From IMG/VR virus record IMGVR_UViG_2687453603_000006: a stretch of 20,000 bases of DNA. One strand, 5' to 3'. Numbering within the stretch: the first letter of the stretch is position 1; every line of letters begins with the position of its first letter. Shown here in pieces: positions 1-8,603 of this stretch. The position numbers and the translations under genes were made by a program. The notes under the pieces are model-generated. The model saw only the letters and a list, made by a program, of their open reading frames with translations, was not told where the DNA came from and did no database searches. The stretch comes from an uncultured virus (IMG/VR IMGVR_UViG_2687453603_000006) (lineage: Duplodnaviria > Heunggongvirae > Uroviricota > Caudoviricetes).

Positions 1-3000
1 AGTGAAGACACTAAGCAAATCGAAAGAAATAAAGTAGTTGATTTAGTAAAAAATAAATACTTAATTGATTATAGATATAACGGATATAGAGATATCTTTG
101 TAATTGATGATATTAAAAAATCTGCTAATGACTCTGACTTTATTACATTAAATCTAGACTCAAGAGCGTCTGAATTAAATAAGAAAGCTGCAAATGAAAT
201 TGAATTACTAGGCTCTACTATCCCTCAAATGATGAACAAAATCTTATCAATTTATGCTCCACTATGGAAACTTGGACATGTTGATGGAAAAATTATTAAT
301 GTTAAACGTGAGTTAACTGGTTCTAATACAACTGTTAACGCTCTTATTGATAATATTTGTTCTCTTTTTGACGCAGTTGCTATTTATAACAACATTAATA
401 GAACAATCAGTTTCTATCACAAAGACAATGTTGGTACAAATCGTGGTTTAAGAGTTAGGGAAAATAGTTATTTAAAATCATTTGAAGATCAATTTGTTTC
501 AAAGGATATCGTTACTAGATTATATCCATTTGGTCAAAGTGGTTTAACAATTCAAAGTGTTAACCCAGCTGGCTCTTCTTATATTGAAGACTTCTCTTAT
601 TTCATGTCTCCATTCAAACGTGATAATAACAGAAATGTATTACAACACAGTGATTATATGTCTGATGAATTATGTCACGCTTTGTTAGATTATCAAGAGT
701 TTTATGCTAGTAAGAAGGATCAAGCTGGTGAATTATCTAAACAATATAGTGCAATTCTTAAAGAGCATTCACAAGAAGACTTCAGATTAAATCAATTAAG
801 TGCTACACTTCAACGACTAAATGAGCGTGTTGAATTAGTTAAACCTAAATCAGAATATATTGACTTAGGAACAAAGGTTAAGAATTTCAAAATCACTGTA
901 CCTAAATCATCATATTATTTAATCATGATTAGAAATGATGGTAGTTTCACTAGAATTAAATTCAATAATAAACAGTATGATATTCCAAGTGGTGAATGGT
1001 TGTATATTAAACTGAAGACTGGTAAGTTCAATGACGCTACTAAGTTTGAAAAACAATTAGAATACCCTCTTGAAATATTAAGTGCAAACGCTAATCTAAG
1101 AGTTGTATACACTCGTTCTTCTGAAGGAGATTATGAAGAAGAAGATACTAAAAAAATCGAAGAAAAATATAACTTAGAAAAATATAAAACTTTAGTAAAA
1201 GATCAAGAAAAAGTAGTTGCTTCAATCGAAAGACGTTTAAAAGCTTTTGAAGATCAAAGAGCAAGTGTAATACGCTCAATGAATGCTAAGAATTTCTTAT
1301 CTGAAAAACTTTATAAAGAACGTGAGTTATATGTTTTTGAGTCTGTTTGGAATGAAGAAAATCATACAGACGCTCAAGAATTATATGATGACGCTGTAAA
1401 ACAAATGAAGAAACAAAAGAAAATCAATAGAACGATCACAGTTGATTTAGTTAATTTCATTCAATCACTTGATCATAAAGATGATTGGGATAAATTAAAT
1501 GTTGGAGATAAAGTTATTTTCCAAAACAAAATCTTCAATACTAAAATTAAAGCTTATATCACTGAAATGCAATTAGATTTCCAAACTAATCAAGTAAAAA
1601 TTACTATTAGTGATATTTTTGATTACAAAGATTTAGATATGATCATCGCTGAAAAATTAGCTCAAACTACTTCTACTTCTTCTCAAGTTGATTTCCATAA
1701 ACAACAAATCAGAGAGCAAACTGGAAGAATTACAGACATGACTCGTCTTATCGAAGGTGAGTGGGACGCAAATAAAAAGCGTGTAATGGCTGGTAACGAA
1801 ACAGTTGATATTGGTTCACATGGTGTTAAAGTTATTTCAAAAGATAACCCTAACGAATTTGTAATCATGGTTGGTGGCGTAATTGCTATGACTCGTGATA
1901 ATGGTGAAACATTTAAAACTGGTATTACTCCAGAAGGTATCAATGCTGAAATGCTTATCGGTAAAATGATCGTTGGTGAAACTTTAACTTTTGAAAATGA
2001 GTCTGGCACAGTTAAATTCGACAAAGATGGACTGTATGTTAACTCTAAAAACTTCCATTTAGTTTCAAATGATGGTGAAGAAAACTACTTCGATAAATTA
2101 AAACGTGAAATGTCCGAAAATGCTAAGCAACAAACAGACAGAATGTTGGAAGAGTATAAAAAAGAAGTTTCACAAACTATTTCTGAAGCTACTGATGTTA
2201 GAAACATTGTTGATAATGCAGCAGATATTCTTCAAGCAGCTTTTGCTGATGGAGTAATCACAGATGTTGAAAAACGTTTGATTTCTGAAACTCTTGCTCA
2301 ACTTGAAAAAGAAAATAGAGAATTCGAAGATAAAATTAACTTAGCTTTAAACCACCCTTACATCACTGAGGAAGATACTATTGAGTTAAATAATTCTATC
2401 GTTGAATATAGCTCAATGTATGAAACACTTGTTATTTCTATTAATGAAAGTGTTAGTGACAAGATGATCACACCTCAAGAGTCTGAAGAAATTAATCAAA
2501 ATATTATAAACTTCAGAGAAGAGATCAAAGACATCTTATCATTAGTAGAAGAAATTATTGAACGAACTAAAAATGCTCAACTACAAGCTACTTTAGAAGA
2601 AGCAAAAGATTATACAACAAGAGTTCGTGATGATATTAAAGATGAATTAAACGACTTAAATAAATCATTTAAATCTTTAAGCAGTACGGTTGAAGACTCA
2701 TTAAAAGATAATATCTTTGACGCTGCTGAATTAGAAGCCATCAAAACAGTTGTATTAGTAACTAAATCAGAATATCAAGATATTACAAATAGATATTCTT
2801 CAATGTCAGTAAATACAGATTTAAAATCAGAAAGTAAATCAGATTTAACAAAAGCTTATAAAACTTTAGATAGTAGCTTTAATGATTTTGTTAAATATAT
2901 TGACGAAATGACGATGGATAGAGTTGCCGATGAGACTGAGAAAGCTAATTACAAAAAGAAATATGATACATTACAAAAGAATTTATCAGATTATATGAAA

Positions 3001-6000
3001 AAATATGATAATTGTATTTTAGAAATATCTAAAAAGTATTCTAAAGACGAAGCTGATAAAGTATTAGGTGATTTCACAGCAATCGCAACTGAATTAAAAA
3101 ATGATTTTCAAGATGTCAAAGATAATTGGGCTGAGTTTAAACAAACTACTCTTGAGTCATTTAAAGACGGTATAGTAACTGAGGCAGAAAAAGCTCGATT
3201 AAGAGTACAACTAGATATGCTTGATCGTGAAAGTATGGATATTGAAGAACGATACAAAAGCTTACTTGCTAATCAATATACTGATACTAATATTAAAAAC
3301 CGTTTAGCTGCTTCACGTTCTCCTTACCTATCAGCTCATGCTAGTTTAAGGCAAACAATTGAGCAAATAATTACTGATGGACAGGTTGATGAAAGTGAAA
3401 AAACTTTAGCCAATAAGTCACTTAATACTTATAACACAACGTTAACTGCTTATTCTAAAGCAATTCAAGAGGCTTTAAATACATTATCACAAATCATCTC
3501 ATCTGATGTAGCAAGTAAAAAAGTTGAAGAATTCAATGGTGTAATAACTACAATTTCTTCAGACGTTGACACAATCAAGAAACAAAGAGATGGATCAGTA
3601 ATCACTTATTATTATAGTGGTGTACCTACATTATCTAATGATCCAGCTAAAAGTTGGACTACCAATGACTTAAAAGACTTACATATTAAAGATATGTACT
3701 TAGACACTAAATCTGGCTATGCATATACTTTTACTAAGTCTGGTACTAGCTATTCTTGGAAACCACTTACTGATCAAGTTATTGTTAGCTCATTGAAACA
3801 GGCAAAAAATGCACAAGACACAGCAGACAATAAGCGTAGAGTTTTTGTTACACAACCTATCCCTCCTTATGATCAAGGAGATATGTGGACTCAAGGTTCA
3901 CAAGGAGATATCTATGTTTGTGGAACATCAAGAACTACTGGCTCATTCGTAAGTAGTGATTGGGTTAAAGCAAGTAAGTACACTGACGATACAGTTGCTA
4001 AACAGGCAGCAAAAGATTTAGAAAATTATAAAGTTAAAATGACTAAAGACTTCAAAGATTTAAATGATGGTGTATCTACTTTTAAAACTGAGGTAATTAA
4101 AGACTTCAAAGATGGAATTGTAACTGAAGCTGAGAAAACTAGATTACGTGTTCAATTAGATATCTTAGATAGAGAAAGTCAAGATATCGAAGAAAGATAT
4201 AACAGTATCTTTAACAGTCAATACGCAGATACTCAAGTTAAGACCTCTATTTCTAACGCACGTTCTACTTATAATAATTCACTTACGAATTTAAGAAACA
4301 CTATTCAAACTATCATTGAAGATGGAGAAGTAACATCTAGTGAGAAAACAACTGCTAATCAAACTTTAACTACTTATAATAATGCTTTAACTGGTTATTC
4401 AACTGCTATACAAGAGGCACTAAGCAGCATGTCAAAAGTTATTGCTCAAAAAGAAGCTACTAGTCAAGTAAATCAATTTAATGAAGTTATCAATAATATA
4501 AACACAAATATTACTGATATTCAGAAACAAGTTGATGGTGCAATTGAAACGTTCTATTACAGTGGAGTTCCAACACTTACAAATATTCCCGCTTCAGATT
4601 GGAAAACTACTAATAAACGTGAAGCTCATCTAGGTGACTTATATTTAGATACCGCTACTGGTATTGTTTACCGTTTCTTGAAAAAAGGAACAACTTCCCC
4701 TACTTATTATTGGTCTGCAATCTCTGATCAAATTATTACAGACGCATTGAATAGAGCAAAAACAGCTCAAGATACTGCCGATGGAAAAAGAAGAGTTTTC
4801 GTAAATACACCTGTTCCGCCATATGACACTGGTGATATGTGGACACAAGGAGCTAGAGGTGACATTTATGTTTGTCAGACACCTAAAGCTAAAGGTGCTA
4901 TTTACTCAATAAATGACTGGGTAAAAGCTAGTAAGTATACAGATGATACAGTGGCAAATAGTGCTGTTCAACAATTAAACGAATACAAACGCACTAATAA
5001 TCTTGATATCGCAGACTTAAAGAGAAAAACTAGCGACTTTGAGAAAACAGTAGTAAATGCTTTTGACGATAGAGTTATTAGTATTTCTGAGTCCTCAGCT
5101 ATTAAAGGACAACTTGCTCTACTTAATCATGAAAAAGATAGACTAGCTAGACAGTATGAAAATATAATTGGAAACTCTAATCTTGTTGGAGCAGAAAAAA
5201 CCAAACTATCTACTACATATTCAAATATGAATACTAAGCTTAGTGATTTAAGTACCACTATTAATAGTGCAATTGTTGATAATAAAATTGTTGACGCTGA
5301 AAGTAAGTCTGTAACTTCAAAACTTGAATTATATAAAACTTCAGTTAATGAATATCAACTTGCTTTTGATAACGCTCTAAATTCAATTATTAGAGAAATC
5401 GCTTCTTCCCAAGCTAAAGATAGATTAGATGAATGGAAACGTACAGAATTTAGTACAGACTCAGACGGTATTATTGAAAGAGTAGCTGGTGCTAAGTTTG
5501 ACTCAAAATGGACTGATACTTGGAGAAGTACAGTTAACCCAGCTATTTCAAAAGTTCAAAGTTCATTAAATGATACTAATAATAAAATAAGTAATCTAAA
5601 AACTGGTGGAGTTAACTTACTTCAATCATATCGTGAAGAAACAAAGGCTGTTATTGATCCAAGTATTACTAGCACTAAAAAAGCTTCATTTGATAAATTG
5701 TGGGCTACTCCTTTATATAAACCTGATTATTTTAGAACATACTTACAGCCTAATACTGAGTATACTATTTCATATGAAATTCAAATCGACAACTTTAATG
5801 GAGCAAAAACATTAACAGGTCGATCTTTTGGTATGCTATTATACGATTATACTGACACTAAGGTTTTATCTAATTTCTCAGTTGAGACTCTACCAGAGAC
5901 AGTCGATCCCAAATTAGTTGGTAAGAAATTTAAAGCTACTAAAACTTTTACTACACCTTCTAGCTTCAAAAACAACTTAAACTTTTTAGCTTATGCTGGT

Positions 6001-8025
6001 TATTATCTAGCTAATGACGGAAGTCGTATTTATCCTTCAGTAACAATTTCTAATTTAAAACTAGAAACTGGTAATATCGTTAGTGACTGGACACCCGCCC
6101 CAGAAGACACTTCTACTACTTTACAAGATTACAATACTCGTATTTCTTCAGCAGAAACTTTTATCGAAAAGAATAAAGATAAGATTTCTCAAATTGCTAC
6201 TAAAACTGATGTTGACACTTTGCTTAGCAAAGTAGCTACTTATGAAACTCAATATAGTGTTTCTAGTGGAAATAACTATCAAGTCCCTCTTCAAGAATAT
6301 AATGGCTCATTCTTTACTGATAACTATACTTATGAAGTTGTTGCTAAGAACAATTCTTTAAGTTCTAACAATGTAGCAACTGCTATATTCGTAAGTAAAG
6401 GCTCAAACAATGGTTATGAATTAGTTGAATTAGACAATATGTCTAAAACTGGTGCTAACCCTAAATTTGTTTTGGATAGTAAGGGTAGACCTTCTATTTC
6501 TACTTTCTCTCCTCAATCTGCTACTCAAGATATTTCAGTTATTTACACTAAATATTTAGGTAGTGCTTCAACAATCAACACAACTAAATCATTGATTGAG
6601 CAAACTGCTAGTTCTATTGAATTACAAGTTAAGAAACTTACTGCTGAGACTGAATACAACAACATATTATTAAATTCAGACTTCTCTTCTGGCTGGGAAG
6701 GTTGGATAAATGTTGATCCTCAGTATAGTATTGTTGATAAAAATACTTTTGGTATCACTCTTCCTGACGCAATCACTAATAAAAATAAGAAATATAATAC
6801 AGTTAAAATGACATACAATAAAAATACAAATTACCCTTCTGTATTTTCTAATTTTATTTCTGTTGGAAAAGGTCAAGAGGTAGCTATTGGTGAACATTTA
6901 ACACTAACTTGTTATGCCTATATCCCTTCTTCATCTAAAGGTAAATTAACTGGTAACATATATATTGAATTCGCTGGTTACTATGAAAAAGACCAAAAAT
7001 CAAACCCAATGATTGCTAGACATGAAATATTACCTAAAGATTTTGAATATAATAAATGGTTCAGAATGACAGCTAGTACTGCTATTCCTTCTACTAACTC
7101 TGAGGGTAAAAAAATCAATTATATTAGAGCTTGTTTACGTTATGACGGTAAAAATCAAAGCGTAAATAATAGTGCTATATTCTATTATGCGTTACCTCAA
7201 TTAGAGCGTGGATCAAAACCAACCGAGTGGTCGTTATCAAGACTTGACGTATTTAGCACTGAACAATTGGCAGCTAAGATTGCCTTAAACCCAGAGAGTG
7301 TGGATATTATCGCAAGAAATATTGATTTCAATACTGACTCAATGAAGATTTATAATTCTAACGGTACATTAAACATTTCTGGAGATACTTTAACAATTAG
7401 TAACAACAATAGTTCTAATGAAGTAATTATAAATCCAAAAGGTTTTACACTTAAAAAAGATGGTGTAGTTAAGTTTAAAAATGGACTAGACACAAGCGAT
7501 TATAGTGTCCAAGCTTATGAACCACAGTTTAGTTCATGGAATAATATTAAAGCTACTGATCCCGCTGCTAAGAGTAAGTATAATTACATTCGACATATTG
7601 AGCCGGGGATGAATGGTTATTACACTATAAATACTGGTGTTTACAATTTTGCAGTACAACACAAACAACTATTAGAGGTAAATAATACAAAAAATGCGAG
7701 AGTTAACAGGTATACATATCTTTACAACAAAAGGTATTTAAAAATACAAATGTCTGCTTCTTCTCAAGGTAAAAGTAAGCTTTATATAATATTCAAGACA
7801 AAAACTGGAGATACTACTCTTCATCAAGAAATAGTTAGTTCTACATCATTGGTATACCCAGATATAACAATTGACTTACAGGCTAAATTAGGTTATCCGC
7901 CTAACAATTTGCCAGACTTTTTTGAATTACAAGCTGGTATTGCCTATGGAGAAAATAATTCTATTGATGGTTTCTTTAGAATTAGACGTATGGCAATGAC
8001 AGATACACCAAATGCGGAGGTTTAA
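1..8025 (+). CDS. Giant phage tail spike/central fibre (Tal-like, SPbeta YomG-like N-terminus), 5'-truncated
   Basis: Frame 1 is open from base 1 (AGT GAA GAC ACT...), so the true start is upstream of the window, not at 229. N-terminal prophage-tail motifs (DIVTRLYPFG...GLTIQSVNPAGSSYIEDFSYF; GGVIAMTRDNGETFKTGITPEGINAE), internal helical repeats, two carbohydrate-binding-like modules (GGVNLL...KLETGNIVSDWTPAPED; NNILLNSDF...PQLERGSKPTEW). Confidence 0.88.
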   Translation, partial: SEDTKQIERNKVVDLVKNKYLIDYRYNGYRDIFVIDDIKKSANDSDFITLNLDSRASELNKKAANEIELLGSTIPQMMNKILSIYAPLWKLGHVDGKIINVKRELTGSNTTVNALIDNICSLFDAVAIYNNINRTISFYHKDNVGTNRGLRVRENSYLKSFEDQFVSKDIVTRLYPFGQSGLTIQSVNPAGSSYIEDFSYFMSPFKRDNNRNVLQHSDYMSDELCHALLDYQEFYASKKDQAGELSKQYSAILKEHSQEDFRLNQLSATLQRLNERVELVKPKSEYIDLGTKVKNFKITVPKSSYYLIMIRNDGSFTRIKFNNKQYDIPSGEWLYIKLKTGKFNDATKFEKQLEYPLEILSANANLRVVYTRSSEGDYEEEDTKKIEEKYNLEKYKTLVKDQEKVVASIERRLKAFEDQRASVIRSMNAKNFLSEKLYKERELYVFESVWNEENHTDAQELYDDAVKQMKKQKKINRTITVDLVNFIQSLDHKDDWDKLNVGDKVIFQNKIFNTKIKAYITEMQLDFQTNQVKITISDIFDYKDLDMIIAEKLAQTTSTSSQVDFHKQQIREQTGRITDMTRLIEGEWDANKKRVMAGNETVDIGSHGVKVISKDNPNEFVIMVGGVIAMTRDNGETFKTGITPEGINAEMLIGKMIVGETLTFENESGTVKFDKDGLYVNSKNFHLVSNDGEENYFDKLKREMSENAKQQTDRMLEEYKKEVSQTISEATDVRNIVDNAADILQAAFADGVITDVEKRLISETLAQLEKENREFEDKINLALNHPYITEEDTIELNNSIVEYSSMYETLVISINESVSDKMITPQESEEINQNIINFREEIKDILSLVEEIIERTKNAQLQATLEEAKDYTTRVRDDIKDELNDLNKSFKSLSSTVEDSLKDNIFDAAELEAIKTVVLVTKSEYQDITNRYSSMSVNTDLKSESKSDLTKAYKTLDSSFNDFVKYIDEMTMDRVADETEKANYKKKYDTLQKNLSDYMKKYDNCILEISKKYSKDEADKVLGDFTAIATELKNDFQDVKDNWAEFKQTTLESFKDGIVTEAEKARLRVQLDMLDRESMDIEERYKSLLANQYTDTNIKNRLAASRSPYLSAHASLRQTIEQIITDGQVDESEKTLANKSLNTYNTTLTAYSKAIQEALNTLSQIISSDVASKKVEEFNGVITTISSDVDTIKKQRDGSVITYYYSGVPTLSNDPAKSWTTNDLKDLHIKDMYLDTKSGYAYTFTKSGTSYSWKPLTDQVIVSSLKQAKNAQDTADNKRRVFVTQPIPPYDQGDMWTQGSQGDIYVCGTSRTTGSFVSSDWVKASKYTDDTVAKQAAKDLENYKVKMTKDFKDLNDGVSTFKTEVIKDFKDGIVTEAEKTRLRVQLDILDRESQDIEERYNSIFNSQYADTQVKTSISNARSTYNNSLTNLRNTIQTIIEDGEVTSSEKTTANQTLTTYNNALTGYSTAIQEALSSMSKVIAQKEATSQVNQFNEVINNINTNITDIQKQVDGAIETFYYSGVPTLTNIPASDWKTTNKREAHLGDLYLDTATGIVYRFLKKGTTSPTYYWSAISDQIITDALNRAKTAQDTADGKRRVFVNTPVPPYDTGDMWTQGARGDIYVCQTPKAKGAIYSINDWVKASKYTDDTVANSAVQQLNEYKRTNNLDIADLKRKTSDFEKTVVNAFDDRVISISESSAIKGQLALLNHEKDRLARQYENIIGNSNLVGAEKTKLSTTYSNMNTKLSDLSTTINSAIVDNKIVDAESKSVTSKLELYKTSVNEYQLAFDNALNSIIREIASSQAKDRLDEWKRTEFSTDSDGIIERVAGAKFDSKWTDTWRSTVNPAISKVQSSLNDTNNKISNLKTGGVNLLQSYREETKAVIDPSITSTKKASFDKLWATPLYKPDYFRTYLQPNTEYTISYEIQIDNFNGAKTLTGRSFGMLLYDYTDTKVLSNFSVETLPETVDPKLVGKKFKATKTFTTPSSFKNNLNFLAYAGYYLANDGSRIYPSVTISNLKLETGNIVSDWTPAPEDTSTTLQDYNTRISSAETFIEKNKDKISQIATKTDVDTLLSKVATYETQYSVSSGNNYQVPLQEYNGSFFTDNYTYEVVAKNNSLSSNNVATAIFVSKGSNNGYELVELDNMSKTGANPKFVLDSKGRPSISTFSPQSATQDISVIYTKYLGSASTINTTKSLIEQTASSIELQVKKLTAETEYNNILLNSDFSSGWEGWINVDPQYSIVDKNTFGITLPDAITNKNKKYNTVKMTYNKNTNYPSVFSNFISVGKGQEVAIGEHLTLTCYAYIPSSSKGKLTGNIYIEFAGYYEKDQKSNPMIARHEILPKDFEYNKWFRMTASTAIPSTNSEGKKINYIRACLRYDGKNQSVNNSAIFYYALPQLERGSKPTEWSLSRLDVFSTEQLAAKIALNPESVDIIARNIDFNTDSMKIYNSNGTLNISGDTLTISNNNSSNEVIINPKGFTLKKDGVVKFKNGLDTSDYSVQAYEPQFSSWNNIKATDPAAKSKYNYIRHIEPGMNGYYTINTGVYNFAVQHKQLLEVNNTKNARVNRYTYLYNKRYLKIQMSASSQGKSKLYIIFKTKTGDTTLHQEIVSSTSLVYPDITIDLQAKLGYPPNNLPDFFELQAGIAYGENNSIDGFFRIRRMAMTDTPNAEV
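2242..5400 (+). repeat. Intragenic repeats of the tail protein: five helical units plus two beta-rich inserts
   Basis: Acidic D-x6-E turn motifs (e.g. DGIVTEAE) start at 2248, 2458, 2707, 2917, 3166, 3376, 4111, 4321, 5068 and 5278. Segments ~3160-4104 and ~4105-5061 are clear paralogues (FKDGIVTEAEKxRLRVQLD; RRVFVxxPxPPYDxGDMWTQG; DWVKASKYTDDTVA). Confidence 0.9.
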
Positions 8026-8027
8026 AA

Positions 8028-8402
8028 ATGGAAATCATAAAAACTTATGACTCACTCATTAATTTAGAAAATGGAGATTATTATACGGATCGCTATGTAT
8101 TAGCTGTTCCATACACTTCTATTGATGAGGATGGAAAGATATCCGGTGATTACTCTTTTGGCTCAACCTTTCACACGGTTGTTCCTTGTGCTACTTTAAT
8201 TATTGACGAAAATACGCATAATCAACTAGAAAGTTTAAGACTTAAAATTATTGATGGCGTATATAAATTAGTAGCACCAGACGGTTATAAATTCATAACT
8301 ATTGAAGATAATGAAAGCGAAGAAGACCGTGAAATTCGTGAATTAGAAGAAATGTTAGCAAAATTAAAATCGAAAAAAAGGAGTTTAAATAATAATGAAT
8401 GA
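8028..8402 (+). CDS. Hypothetical tail-associated protein (124 aa, C-terminal coiled coil)
   Basis: GGAGGT RBS in the end of the upstream gene; ATG 2 nt after its stop; acidic/helical C-terminus EEDREIRELEEMLAKLK. Confidence 0.8.
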   Translation: MEIIKTYDSLINLENGDYYTDRYVLAVPYTSIDEDGKISGDYSFGSTFHTVVPCATLIIDENTHNQLESLRLKIIDGVYKLVAPDGYKFITIEDNESEEDREIRELEEMLAKLKSKKRSLNNNE

Positions 8403-8562
8403 AAATGATTTAAATATACAAATACAAAGATTACAAGCACAAAATGAGAAGTTATCAACTGTTGTTGGAAATCAAGCAAATTATATTGCTGAGCTTGAAG
8501 TGACGAATGAAATGTTGTTATCTCAAATTCAAAATAATGATGAACAAGAAGCTCAAGGTTAA
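8395..8562 (+). CDS. Small coiled-coil protein (55 aa, MNENDLNIQIQRLQAQNEKLSTVVGNQANYIAELEVTNEMLLSQIQNNDEQEAQG), not in ORF track
   Basis: AAGGAG at ~8378-8383, ATG 8395 overlapping the upstream gene end, TAA 8560-8562; fills the gap; heptad pattern. Confidence 0.75.
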   Translation: MNENDLNIQIQRLQAQNEKLSTVVGNQANYIAELEVTNEMLLSQIQNNDEQEAQG

Positions 8563-8580
8563 TACCTTGAGTTTTCTTAT
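8551..8580 (+). terminator. Putative intrinsic terminator/hairpin
   Basis: CTCAAGGT-TAAT-ACCTTGAG perfect stem followed by TTTTCTT. Confidence 0.55.
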
Positions 8581-8603
8581 GTAGAATACAAGGAGTGTTT
8601 TAA

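Noticed and set aside
229..231. ATG 229 as start of the tail gene
   Set aside because: The frame is open back to base 1 with no RBS before 229; the gene starts upstream of the window.
3160..5061. Diversity-generating retroelement TR/VR pair or CRISPR array
   Set aside because: Repeats are in-frame protein duplications that diverge at all bases, not adenine-specifically; no reverse transcriptase or spacer-repeat array is present.
8371..8383. A7 run as a programmed -1 frameshift fusing the 124-aa and 55-aa ORFs
   Set aside because: The A-AAA-AAG heptamer is not in the upstream reading frame, and fusion would need +1; the run is explained by Lys codons plus the RBS.
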